A stretch of 62,637 nucleotides of DNA, counting the filler, from Rhabdomonas costata (taxonomy: Eukaryota): the NCBI GenBank assembly GCA_019059605.1. It is 23 parts of 23 records of this genome, joined end to end, with 100 filler letters (N's around TTAATTAATTAA, not from the genome) between each part and the next. Parts side by side here need not be neighbours in the genome. Positions count along the whole stretch, not along the records: positions 1 to 2,629 come from JAHMHO010002552.1; positions 2,730 to 5,360 come from JAHMHO010002553.1; positions 5,461 to 8,093 come from JAHMHO010002554.1; positions 8,194 to 10,822 come from JAHMHO010002555.1; positions 10,923 to 13,553 come from JAHMHO010002556.1; 18 more parts are not named here. One strand, 5' to 3'. Position 1 is the stretch's first letter. Each line of letters starts with the position of its first letter. This document shows, piece by piece, positions 1-12,160 of the stretch. The notes under the pieces are model-generated. The model saw only the letters and a program-made list of their open reading frames with translations, had not been told where the DNA came from and searched no databases. A program made the translations under genes and the position numbers.

Positions 1-28
1 TTGTTTTACCAGCCTGCTTTTGCCTAAA

Positions 29-2629
29 ATGGGCATCATTGAAAAGATCAAGGAGATCGAGGAAGAAATTGGAAGAACACAAAAGAACAAGGCCACTGGT
101 ACCTTGACTTCTTTTGGGTTGGTGCGGTTTACCATATTCGCTTCGTGCCACGTGCTTTTTCCGCTTCTGGGTGAATCTTCTTTGAATTTAGAATTTCATC
201 TTGGGAATCTCAAGGCCAAGCTTGCGCGATACAGGTCATTCTTTTCAATGACACCATCGGATATGTTCGCAAATCTGGTTGATTCATTTAACTTTTGCTT
301 TTTTCAGGTCGCAGCTGCTCACGGAAGCCGACAAGGTTGCTGGCGGGGGCAAGGGCACAGGCTTTGAGGCTGCAAAAAGCGGGGACGCTCGTGTCTCCAT
401 GGTTGGCTTTCCATCGGCGGGAAAGTCTACTTTACTGAATAAGGTACAAGTGTTCTTGTGAGACAGAAGTGGCCACCGTTTGCCGAATTGGGGTTTCATG
501 CATTGGATAGTGGTTTTGGCTCCAGGATGCTTTCATTTCTTCTCTCTCTCTCTCTCTCTCTCTTTTTTGCCTTGTTCGAGTTCGGTCCTTTTTGGACCTT
601 TGAAGTCCTCCTGTAAACTGAGCCACAGCTAATCTATGTGTCTACGAGTCGCTGTGTCAGTACAGGCTGCTCATTCTACTTTCATTTCTATATTCATTTC
701 TGCTCTTTCTTTCTGTTCCTTGCACCCTTCAGGTGACCAACACCAAGAGCGAGACGGCAGCCTACGAATTCACCACTCTGACGTGCATCCCTGGCACCAT
801 TTCTTACCGTGGCACAGAGATTCAACTTCTGGCATGAACCTTCTCATCCCTTTGCTTTTGCTCTTTCCCTCCAAAGAATGTTCCCAACGTGAAGATCGCC
901 GTGAATAACTGGAAGCTCAGTCGCTGGGGTTGTTTAAGACACCTGGTTTGCACTTGCTTGTGTATCGTAGGACTTGCCTGGGATTATTGAGGGTGCTTGC
1001 GAAGGCAAAGGCCGAGGCCGGCAGGTGATTGCCACTGCACGAACGTCGGACTTGATCTTGCTCGTTATGGATGCCTGCAAAGCAGGTGGAAGTACCCATG
1101 AACGTGACTTTAATGAACAGACTTTCAGTGTGTTCGATTCAGCAGTATTTCTATTATTCTTTCCATTCTACAGAAGTGCAAAGGCCACTGCTGGAGTATG
1201 AGCTGGAGACCATGGGGATTCGTCTAAACAAGCAGAAGCCCAACCTTTATTTGAAAAAGAAGCCGAGCCAGTCCATGAACGTAATCTCCTACACGAGCAC
1301 CTGCAAGACCACGCACCTATCGGAGAAGCTCTGCCGCGAGATTCTCCACGGCTACAAGATCCATAATGCGGAGGTTTGGGAGCTTCGCTTGCGGAGACGC
1401 TTTACCTCACTCTGACCTTTTTTTCTGGTGCACGTCATTTCTTCTGTCGTTTTGCTGCAGATCCTGGTAAGAGAAGACAGCACTGTGGACGACTTTATCG
1501 ACGTGGTGGAGGGAAACCGGCAATACTTGCCCGCTTTGTACGTCTATAACAAGGTTGCTTTTTTTATTCAAATATTCAAAATTTTTCTTCTGTGATGGCT
1601 CCCTTTACACCCGCACACCCGTGCACAGTTCCTCGGGCAGTGAGCAGGAGAGGCCCGAGAGACTGAAAGGAGAGGGGGGTACCCAGCCACACCAAAATTA
1701 TTCCAACTGTACGATTGAAAAACGCAAGATTGTTCATGCGAGCATTGATTTACATTGTATTTTAACCAATTTTGACGACAGATCTCCAGCTCTGATGCTG
1801 TCATTCCTTTCTCGATAGATGGAGGGGTTTACTCAAGCGTTTCATGGGTCATGTCGAAGCTGCATTGGTTTAAGGGAGAGTTGCCATATTTTTACGCGTC
1901 TGCTCAGGTTGACACCGTCACCATTGAAGAGATCGAGCGGTTGTCAAGACTTCCCCACAGTGTGTGCATCAGTTGTGAGTGGGACCTCAACCTGGACACG
2001 GTCGTGGATGAGATTTGGTCAATGCTCGACTTAGTTCGCTTGTACACGAAGAAGAAGGGCCAACCTCCAGACTTTGGTTCTCCCTTCATCATGAGGAAAG
2101 GGTACTCTGTGCAGAGTGCAAGTCTTTTCGCCCTTGTCCCCTTCTGTTCACGCATGCTATTTGGCGTGAAGTTACTAAATAGGGAAAAAGCTGGCTGGAA
2201 TTTTTTCTTCCTTTGAATATTCGCAAAGACTTTCATTTGCCGGCGCGCATGTAAGTATGCGAATATCTCTCTCTGTGAGTAACTATTTCACTTGTTTCCC
2301 TCCCGTCTTGTCATTTTCCCAGAACTTCTCCTTCTTTCTCCTTCTGTCTTCCTTTCTTTCATCCTTTGTCAATGCCACAGACCAAGTGCTGACAGAACCC
2401 AATTCGATTGTATTTACTGCCAATGACAAAAGCTTCTGCCTCACGATTTTGTCTGCACCACCATTAGTCTTTTTTCACTGCGCTCACACACACACTCACA
2501 CACACAGGGGGACTGTGGAGGACCTATGCTCCCGGGTACACAAGGACATGCTTTCCAAGTTCAAGTATGCCCTGGTGTGGGGCACCAGCGTGCGGTACAC
2601 TCCGCAGAGAGTGGGCCGCACCAACCCCC
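29..2629 (+). CDS. DRG2: Developmentally regulated GTP-binding protein 2 (OBG/DRG family), 9 exons, 3' end cut by contig end
   Basis: Exons 29-98, 192-234, 308-443, 733-831, 971-1085, 1174-1373, 1461-1553, 1908-2101, 2508-~2618 splice in frame. N-terminus [28 protein letters not shown] (DRG2-type), G1 [10 protein letters not shown]2 YEFTT, G3 DLPG, G4 NKVD, TGS domain ...[13 protein letters not shown]. Intron 832-970 is GC-AG. Confidence 0.96.
538..563. repeat. (CT)n microsatellite in a DRG2 intron
   Basis: Visible tctctc run. Similar simple repeats at 2485-2506 (CA), 4411-4444 (CAAA), 5234-5248 (CT), 19467-19482 (CA), 23136-23154 (CT). Confidence 0.9.
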
Positions 2630-2729
2630 NNNNNNNNNNNNNNNNNNNNNNNNNNNNNNNNNNNNNNNNNNNNTTAATTAATTAANNNNNNNNNNNNNNN
2701 NNNNNNNNNNNNNNNNNNNNNNNNNNNNN
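2630..2729. other. Artificial contig spacer N44-TTAATTAATTAA-N44 (stops in all six frames); first of 22
   Basis: Identical 100-nt spacers start at 2630, 5361, 8094, 10823, 13554, 16283, 19012, 21739, 24467, 27194, 29922, 32652, 35380, 38107, 40833, 43559, 46288, 49013, 51739, 54465, 57188, 59913. Confidence 0.99.
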
Positions 2730-2736
2730 GGTTGTG

Positions 2737-2886
2737 GGGAGCATCACCCTTGGTGCGAAGGCGGATGGCCTGCTGTGGCCCACCCTGGCGACCCTGGTGC
2801 GGGTGCTGGACCCCGCGGTGAGCCTCTGCCAGGCTCTGCTGCCGCAGTACGCAGGTCTGCCACACTACTGCGTCGACGGCAGCTGA
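2737..2886 (+). CDS. Terminal exon of an unknown protein (partial)
   Basis: GC3-rich frame GSITLGAKADGLLWPTLATLVRVLDPAVSLCQALLPQYAGLPHYCVDGS then TGA, at contig start. Confidence 0.5.
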   Translation, partial: GSITLGAKADGLLWPTLATLVRVLDPAVSLCQALLPQYAGLPHYCVDGS

Positions 2887-5494
2887 AGCGAGGAAACAAG
2901 ACTGGTCGCTGCTCATATTTCAGCTTGGGTCTCGGTCATTGGGACTTGAGGTCAGCATACCAGCTCGCCTCAAGGAATTGGGGGGGTCGGGTCCGGTCCA
3001 GCCTGAGTTGTGAGCTGTGTAATTTAGCCACGTCGGTGAAATTGCCTTCGGTTTTTTTGATCAGTTGTAGTAGATGCTCTGGTTTCCGCGCTCAGCAAAA
3101 AAAAAAGTGAAGCTTGGGTAGTCTCGGTGGAAACAAGCCTTATTGCAGAAAACCACCGTCTCCAAGACCTAGGTTCTCGCCCAGTTCAGGAAGTTGGACG
3201 CGCCTTGGCTGCCGCTGGTCCCTTTTCTCCTCTGGCACGTGCCCTCCTTATGAGCTGTCGAATTTTCTTGGGGCTCTGCACGGCGGTTCCTCTTCGCTAT
3301 AGCTCATTCTGGCCCGGCGGTGCCCCGAAAAATTCAGAGGAAGCACGGCATCACCAAACACCACTCCTCACGGCAATGCACAGCATCAAATTCCGCAAAC
3401 GAAGGGCGGTCCTAACACGTATAACACGGTGGGCCGAATTCCCCTGCCCACGGGGCCTGGCATCCCACAGCTCAGCTGTCGCCGGGAATGAATTTAGGTT
3501 CATCCCATTGGCCTTTCGGGTGCCGGCTTCGTGCTGGTGGCAATTCTGTTCCCCGGCTCTCTCACATGCTTCCCAGTGCAACCGTGCCTGAATTCCTGAG
3601 CCTCGCGTGGTCTGACGTTCCTGCCCACGGGATTTCGACGCATCCCAGGCGGTTCCAGTCAACCCTTCTCTTGACTGCTACGACGTTAACACAGCGATGG
3701 TGGTCAGGTCGCTTTGAAGAAGCCCAAGCACGGTATTCTGGACATAACGCGTCAGCAAAGCAATGCCAAAGTCCCGGGACGATTATTGAGAAGGTATCGA
3801 AGCATAATGATCGCCAACCTGAAGCAACCATCCTGGCCGGAAGCCTTCCTATCCCGGTGATGCCGGTTACAAACTGCACCTACAGGCACTTCTGGAAAGC
3901 CGAAAAGGACCAAATCAATTCAAAAGTTCCAACACGTTTTCGAAGTTGAATTCGATACTTTTAGAACCCTGTCCTGACTTCCATGCAGAGTTTAGGAAAT
4001 ACAAATGCTAGGGTACATCAAGGCACAACATGCAGAAAATTCTAGTACGAATGGAGGCAGGCTTCAAGGTGCGGGCCCGAGAAAAACACAACAGCACCAC
4101 GAAGGACAAGGAAGGCTTTAAAACAGAATGCAGGCAGAAAAGATCTAAGATCGCACCGGGGAACGGGCGATCTGGCCTTACATTGCTTGGGCAAATAGGG
4201 GGAAAGGAAACCATGCAAACGGAAATTGCCGCAAGCATTACCCGCACCGCAGCGCAGGGAACGGGTCACAAACACAGCACGAAGGCAACAGGATGGGCAG
4301 CAGAAAGGGGAAAAACCATACGCAAACAAAAGCAAACGTGTGGCACGCTAACAGGAGGGGGGGGCGCCCGATCGAAGACTGGGCGCAATAGTGCCGGAAG
4401 GAGCCAGCGGAAAAACAAACAAACAAACAAACAAACAAACAAAATCACGCTGCCTTACCCCAGCCGCCGTCCTGCCTCAGCCAACCTGTGCGGGTCCTGT
4501 GCGATTAATGCGTTGGATTTCCACATCCCGCTCCGAACCCTGAACAGAAGGGATGCACAAAAGTGGATGATTTGCCGGAATCCGCAGACTGGGCTTGAGT
4601 AACTGCAGGACAATTGACGGGGGCAGAGGAGAAGTGCAGAGGAGAGATTACGATGGCGCGAACAACAGCCGGCGCCATGCTTTCAATGAGGGATTCAGGA
4701 AAAAGAGACGTGAACGACAGCAGTAAGAAAACGACCCATACCGCTTCTGTTCTCAGGAACTTTGGAACTTTCGGGTTTGTGGCTACCGCTCATAGCAGCT
4801 ACAGTGTTGACATCTGTGGAGGCTGGGTTGCGAGCAATTCACCAGTATGCGCATTCTTCATGACCAAGATGTGTCAAATAGAGTATACGGGTCTTGAGTA
4901 AATGCAGGATTGATCAAGGGATTGCTCATTCCTCTCTGCGAGCACTCAATGCTGGAAACAAACCAGGAATTGATCTGCAAGTCTTCTTGTGCTTTTGCGC
5001 CCGATCGATTTCCGCCTCAATCATGTGCTGGACTTGCAGCCGCTCGGCCACACCTCGACATTCTGCAGATTGCTTCTTCCGTCGGGTAACTTCCATGAAT
5101 AGAATCCGCGTGGACGCAGTGATAGGTCGTGGAGCAATCCTACGCATGCATGTCCCTTCATTTCCCAGTTCTCTCATTTATGTTGCAATTCCTGCAACTC
5201 ACACCACGAACCCTATTGCACATCTACGGGTGCTCTCTCTCTCTCTCTAACCACAGCTGTTCCGCGGCCGTGCTCCTCTCCCACCGCATCTAGGCCTGTG
5301 CTGGACTGCTCCCCTTCAGACGGTACGTACCCTTTGCACTGGGGATGCCCCCCCCCACCCNNNNNNNNNNNNNNNNNNNNNNNNNNNNNNNNNNNNNNNN
5401 NNNNTTAATTAATTAANNNNNNNNNNNNNNNNNNNNNNNNNNNNNNNNNNNNNNNNNNNNTTTTTGTTGTTTTTGTACATGCTGTTTCTGGAAG

Positions 5495-6700
5495 GTCAGC
5501 ATCAGGAGAAAGCCCAGAATCTTTCAACACTTGCTCTTCATTAATCCAGAGAACAAATGGATCAAGGTCCAAAACCTGTTGGGGAATGGGGTTTTGTTGT
5601 GTACGCAAGTTAGGGGGCTGGTACACAGCAAACGCTTTCGTGCGGCGAGGTTTGCCCACAGTTTACAGGCGGTTACCACGGGAAGTAGGCGTCTTTTTGT
5701 GGACGCCCACCTAGCGGAGCTGAAGAAGTGAGTTTCTTGGAAGTGGTGGGGTGTTCGGGGGGACAGGCCATACAGTCCCATCGAGGGCTCTCCAGCCCTT
5801 TCGTCGGGGACAAGATTCTGGCGTACTGGAATGTTCGAGCGCCCCGCTCGGACCATGCCCTGCTGTGCGTGGGGACGGCGCAGGACTTGATGTGGGCCAC
5901 TCAGAAGCTCGGGCTGACCGTCCGCGTGGCCTGCACCGGGGGGTGCGTGTGTAGTCCCGCGTGCGTGCGTGCGTGGGAATGAATCCGCCAAAAAAAATGC
6001 TCCTTCGCTCCTAATTGGACGGTTATTCACATCTAAAAATGAGTCGGTGAAGGCCTGCTGAACGCAGAAGGATTCTACAGCAACCACGCCTCGTGCATGC
6101 AGCCTGTCTGCGTGGGTGTGGGTGTGTCAGTGCGCATTTTTGGGGCCGATCTGTGAAACAGTGTCCCTCCTCACCGCGAGAACCAAAGCTGTAGCATCAG
6201 TTCGAATTTCGAATATAGGGTGTATGGGTCGCGGTTCTGCCGGGTGCAGCAAGAGACTAATGTATTCCACTTTGTATTTCCGTCGTTATTCCCATTTCTT
6301 GAAAAGGCAGTGCTTGAATTTTGCTACCCATGTTTGCCTGTGTCCCCAAGTCCTACGCTCTGAGATTGAATAAGAAGATTATATTGCAGAATTACGGACG
6401 TCTGATTTCAGTGTGTGCTTGAGTGCCTGACTCGTTTGGCCTGCCGTCGCCAACACGTCTTTGCTTTCATTTTGCGGAGGTCGACTGCCTGTGGGGGTAA
6501 AGCCCTTAGACCTATTTCTGTTGAATCGCTTGCCAATGGCAAACAGTGCATTCTCTTGTGAACGAACGGAGAACAATTGAACTTCTGCATTGACTTTAGA
6601 CCGGCCTCCTTTGGGCCCATGGGCACGAAGACCCAGAGGGCCTTCACCGTGGTGGGGCCGTGCATCCCACGTGGGCTGGTGCTGCAGAAGCTGGCCAAGT
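5495..6700 (+). CDS. Multi-exon fragment of an unknown protein
   Basis: Exon-like segments ~5495-5566, ~5662/5689-5941 (..DKILAYWNVRAPRSDHALLCVGTAQDLMWATQKLGLTVRVACTG|GTGCGT) and ~6599-6700 (PASFGPMGTKTQRAFTVVGPCIPRGLVLQKLAK). No family recognised. Confidence 0.4.
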
Positions 6701-7602
6701 TGATCCCTTTCGGGGTTCTCATGCATACACCACACAAACCTTTTGCGTGGTGTTAGTGGCCGCTTCGGCTTCTGTGTTTTTTTCCGCTTACCAGGGGCAA
6801 TGATACGTGAACGATGTGCACAGGTAGTCGGGGTTTTCCTCACATCTCCGTCCTTTGGGTCAGCATAGGTTTTTGGTGAGAACAGATGATGCGGAAAAAC
6901 TGATCAGAGGTGCATTGTGGGTTATTAGAGTAATAACTCAGGGCTCAGTCGTGGACCTGCCTTTCTCCAGGACATGGTAATGCTATTTGAGCACCCCGAT
7001 CCTCCCCTTACTAAGCACGGTTTGTTCTTCTCGTGTTTAGCTTGCACGGAGGCCGAGGTGCACATGGCGATGTGATTTGGCGGATTGGCTTAGACTAGCT
7101 CCTCCTAAGCAGTGCTTGGTAAGGACTCGTCGCTAGGTTGGGGCAGCGGGTGGGCTATTTTGTAATTGTTAAAAAAATTGTTGATAATATTAGGTCACGC
7201 TTTTAGGCCACGCTTATATCTGCACCACTACGAAAATTTTCCGATGTAAGCCAGGAAAAGCTGTCAATTGAAAAAATGGGTAAGAGCTTTGCACAAAAAA
7301 TGGGGCTGCTCCTGTCTTGGCGGACGAGTGGAGAGGATAAGCTTTTGGTAAGGTTGTCAGCGCCACACAGCGGCAGGAGCTGGCGGCTGAGGCGAGAGCG
7401 TGACCTTGGATGAAGCCTTGTACCCGTGTTCGTATCACATGATTCAGTGGCAAAAAGTAATAGCACGGCACGTATTATGGTTACAATAACCCTTTGCTTC
7501 ACCAAAAACCGTTTTGCCTTTGTTGTCATTGCCGAAACAAGCTGTACGCTGTGACACCCTGTCGCCATTGGGTCTGCCATCGCCCAGGTTCTGATTGACA
7601 GC

Positions 7603-7743
7603 GCGGTCTACGCTGAAATTCAGTACAGCGTGCAGTGCCGGCTGGCGCTGATTCTCCCGCTTTGGCAGGAGAAGACTGAGAAGGCCTACGAGGTGGTCAG
7701 TGGGGCTATCCAAGCGGACGACGAGTGGATGTACCAGCTCAAA
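7603..7743 (+). CDS. Internal exon of an unknown protein
   Basis: gacag|C GCG GTC... AVYAEIQYSVQCRLALILPLWQEKTEKAYEVVSGAIQADDEWMYQLK|gtacac; GC3-rich. Confidence 0.5.
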
Positions 7744-8215
7744 GTACACCGTGTGCCCGCCTGCGGTGAAGCAGACGTAGTTCACGAACCGGCAATGTGT
7801 CCAGTCTGCCCTCTGCTAAGTTTTAATAATAAAAAAGCAGGACAGGTTCAACCTGGATATGTATCTATTCCAATAATTTTTGCGCCTCGTCACCCGTCCC
7901 GGGCATGTTTTTATCGTGACTAAATGCAGTTCGCTGGGAGAAATTTCTCCACTTAAGCGCTTCCCTTCCCAAAGGGCCGCTGGCGTGGCCATCGAGACTG
8001 AACTATTGCAATTCACAGCAGAACGGGGAGACTCAGCACGACAGCCTGTTTACTCATCACCACCTTTTTCCCTTACACTGCCAGCGATTTATTNNNNNNN
8101 NNNNNNNNNNNNNNNNNNNNNNNNNNNNNNNNNNNNNTTAATTAATTAANNNNNNNNNNNNNNNNNNNNNNNNNNNNNNNNNNNNNNNNNNNNTTGTGTG
8201 TGTGATACAATGGTA

Positions 8216-8387
8216 CAAATAACGAGGTCTATCCAGGTCTCTTCATCACAATCGTCTCCAGTACTGTCAAAAGAATAGAGTGGGGGCGAAACCTTTGCAG
8301 AGGTCCGCGTTAACTTTTGCCACTCCCTGTGGGGTGAGCTCTGAGAGCATCCGTTCCTCCTCCGGGCTCAAGTCCCTGTTCAAGTTT
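8216..8387 (-). CDS. Probable exons of an unknown protein
   Basis: cacag|CA AAC TTG.. NLNRDLSPEEERMLSELTPQGVAKVNADLCK G|gtttcg, then ttgacag|TA CTG GAG.. VLETIVMKRPG. Confidence 0.35.
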
Positions 8388-11368
8388 GCTGTGAAAAACT
8401 GTCGTATGACTGGACATGCCATCGGTACAGAGCATAAAGTATGGGGAAAAAGCCAAATGAAAATGTTGTGAAAACACCAAACCCAGGGGAACACTGAGAA
8501 AAAGTCCAGAAAAATCGAAATGTCTCGGATAATAACTTCGCTGAAAGCTCTCGAGTCTGCACTTTTGTGTGGAGATAGAAATCGAACTTGAACAAACAGT
8601 TTTACACAGTGATACTCAGCAGACAACGCGCATGAAGATAACTTGTTGAATTACCAGCACAACGCACGGCAAAATCAGCCAAATCGGCAGGGTCCCTTCC
8701 CTGCAGCGCAAAGTCTCCGATCCTCCGGCCTTCCCTCATCCGGGTTCACATCTCAGCACTGAAGCCGTCACAAACCCGTGAAGAACACATCAAAATTAAC
8801 GTAACCAAAAGTTCGGTATATAGCCACACAATGGAACATTTCCACCTGGGCACTGCAATGGGAAATGTGAAGGAAGGGGGTCCTCCTCCTCCATCTGGAC
8901 CCGGATGAGTATGTACAGTCTCGGAAAAGTGGGGAGCTGAGCGGATGTAATGGAGGCAAACAGACGAGCACAGATGCAAGGGAAACGATTTCAGCAGTAA
9001 ACGCGGGCACAGCGAAACGAGACAACACAGGGTCTCTGATGCTCTCAGGAGGCGGGAAGAAAAGAATTACCGGAAAGGCTCTTTCCCTCTCACAGGTTGC
9101 TACTTGGGGAACAAGTGCATGCCATATGGAGTCATATGGACATCACGCGGAGGAGGAGCGGGACAAGGAAATTTAGTGTACAGCCAAACTGAGCAAGAGC
9201 CTGTGCAGCTAACTCACTCGGGCAGAGCTTCGCCCAAACCCTCCCCTCACTCACTCATCCTCTCCGTCACTCCTCCCATTCGGTGTTCCCCTTGTGAGCC
9301 TGAAAAGCTCAAACACCGACAAAGCAGGAGAGGACGGTGAAAGCAACAAAAACGCACCAAACCAAAAGAAAAGCGTGCCGAGGAAAAAAGAGTGCTGCAG
9401 CGAAGCAAGGTCGCTAACAGGACACCTCCATCCTCCTCGGCCAAACAATGCGAGCAGATACGCACAAAAGAAGCAAGCAATTTACGGATACCATGCGGAT
9501 ACCCTGTCATGGAGAAGATGGGGCTCAGATGGTTACGAAGAAGACAGACCCCTTCGTCCGCTTGGGGCCAGTGGAGACCAGCTTCAGCGAGGAGCGCATG
9601 GGAAAACTAAGGTCAGAGTTGAGTCACACGTCGACAGCAACTTGTTTTTGCGCAAAATTACGAAACTACAGTTAGAGTTAAGTTCGAGTTCGAAAGCTGG
9701 TATTGACGGATCCTAGCCTTCAACTCCTTGCATTTCCGCATGGCCTCACGCCGATCAAATGCAAGAATTGTTCGAGATCAAGAAGGAGAACGACCCCCCC
9801 CCCCAACGGTTCAAAAAACGCCTGGTTCAGCTTTTTACCCAATTGTTTATTCACCCTTGAAAAACAAGAAAAAATGCAAGCAGCCAACCTCGGAGCTGAA
9901 ACGGTGATAGAAGCAGGAGGCGACCCGTGATGTCGGCACATCGGTTTCTTGGAAATTGGTAGGCCACCCTGCACAGCACGATTTAAAGACAGGGCTTGGG
10001 GAGGCTGGCGAGACACACAAAAAAACCACAGGAGATATCACACCCACATAGGAAACGCACAGCCAGCTTCCCTAGCCCTCCATATGCATACACACCGATG
10101 GAGCTTCAACTGTGCAGAGCAGGTTCATCCGAAGAATCCACCCAAGTGCCGCCGTAATCGTGGGTGATACACCTGCCTTCGCTGAGGCCTGTGGAAACCA
10201 AGTAACCCATTGGTAAAATCCTACTAATAATAAAGAGACAGTCCCCGAGGGCATAGCCGAAGCAATGCTGTTTTTTCTTTTACTACAAGGACGTTACACT
10301 GTACACTCTACACTATCAACTTCTGTCCCTGCGTTTTTTAATGGCAAAAAATGGCTGGACACCACAGAACCTTACACTCAAAATACAACGCTCAGTGCAT
10401 TCAAAGGCGGCACACCTGACAATGCGGGCTGTTGTTTTTTTTTGGGGGGGGGACTTTAAACGGTCGAAAATGGTGAACTTCAAAAACAGGTGTCAAAGAA
10501 CAGCAACCTCCTTTCGGAAAGATAACATCATACATTGGGTTCAGGCACACTTTACCTGACCCCCGTTAACAGCGTTAAACTTTGAACACCGTCAACCACT
10601 TCAAGTCAAATTTTTGCATGATTCCCCAATGACACGTCTTAGGCTGCGCCGCGGGCTCGCCTCAGCCTCTACACCAATGTTGACCCAATCAATCCACAAA
10701 ATCCCAAAACGTTTACCGGCGCCCCCCCCCCCAAACACCATTTTCCCTGACCACGCGTCGGCGGGTCAACGAAAGTCAGCAAAACCATTCCAAAACTCAT
10801 CCTTTCCTGTCCTACCTCTCCGNNNNNNNNNNNNNNNNNNNNNNNNNNNNNNNNNNNNNNNNNNNNTTAATTAATTAANNNNNNNNNNNNNNNNNNNNNN
10901 NNNNNNNNNNNNNNNNNNNNNNGGGTGCGAACGATTTGCCATCTTTAAGTGGTATGATTCCGACGGTGGGCTGCCCTCTCTCGTGGGACGCGATGTGCGC
11001 TTGGAAGCTGTGGTAGTGTTGCCTCCCTCCCCTCGTTTCTGTTGTGTGGTTATGCGGCATGCAGGTGGCTGCCTGAGAGCTTCATCTCCGACACCCCTGA
11101 GGCCGGGTCGATGTTTGACAAGTGCACTGCGGCGTATGAGGTTGTATTCCGAAGGGGATGGGCTTGCAGCTGTCCGATTTCCCGCGTTTTAAGAAAGCAA
11201 TTCACAATGCTGTTGTAAAGGTGGCGGTTTAAGGGAGGCGCGGAGGACGTAGGCAGTGCTGATGACGCAGTGGGGCTGCATCTTGTTTTCGGAGGAGGGC
11301 TGCCATGCGCTGGTGGGAATACGGCACACAGTGAATTTAGATTTGTAGTGCTGCTGGCGACCGCCCAG

Positions 11369-12160
11369 GTTCTGCGGAACAGGGACACGCGCTCTTCCTA
11401 CGACGCTCTACTTGCCGTTGCTCGAGCCCGGCAGGACTCGTTGCAGAAGCAGTCCCGGCAGCACGCCGTGCAGGCCAGCACCCCCCACCCCCCCCTATTT
11501 CCGACGACCCGAGTCTGAGCCCGATGAGCTCTGTGACCAAGCAATTTGTCTCCCTTCTTACGCCTGCAAGGTTTCGGATTGCAACAAAATAAAAAACCTT
11601 GGGTCGTCAAACACTTCTTGACTGGACACTTCAGTGGATGGCTTGTTGTCTTATGATAATTGTCCAACCATTTATTAACATGGACCGGAGCATGGACATG
11701 CGAAAGTGCTGTAATGTAATGTTAGAGCGATTCTGGTGCATCCATTCATTGATTGCAAGACATTTGGGCACAGTCGTGTCGTGGTCAGACATACAGCTGT
11801 ACATCCGACGATCTCTATGCGTATTCCAAGCTATATTGCAGTAACCCGGTGTGTGTTTGCGGGGGAGAAAACTGAACAACTTGACTATCTTTGGATGTAC
11901 TGATTACTTATCACGCCTTCCCATTTTCTACAGGAGGTGGGCACCTCCTTTGGGAAGAGGCCCACCCTTCTGTGAAAGATCCATCGCTTCCTCCTTTCCT
12001 TAGGTTCTTTCCTTTTCAGGTTAACGCCCAGTCCACAAGCACCTCCAGTCTGGAGGCGATGGTCTCGATGCGGCAGTAGAAATCTGCTCAGCAGATGCTG
12101 AACTTGCATCACAAGGCGTCGCAGCTCAGTGCAGAGCTGGAAGAGAATGCTGTCCCCGTT
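11369..12160 (+). CDS. Possible J-domain (DnaJ) protein fragment
   Basis: Exon 11369-11473 VLRNRDTRSSYDALLAVARARQDSLQKQSRQHAVQ resembles J-domain helix IV (VL.d...R..YD). Next exon from 12020 (ccttttcag|GTT AAC) has a TAG at 12077. Confidence 0.4.

Noticed and set aside
2674-2685. Regularly spaced TTAATTAATTAA repeats every ~2.73 kb
   Set aside because: Artificial six-frame-stop linker inside N runs; the periodicity reflects length-sorted contigs, not CRISPR or biology.
5662-5685. FTGGYHG as a class III aminotransferase motif
   Set aside because: Flanking sequence shows no other aminotransferase features; likely chance.
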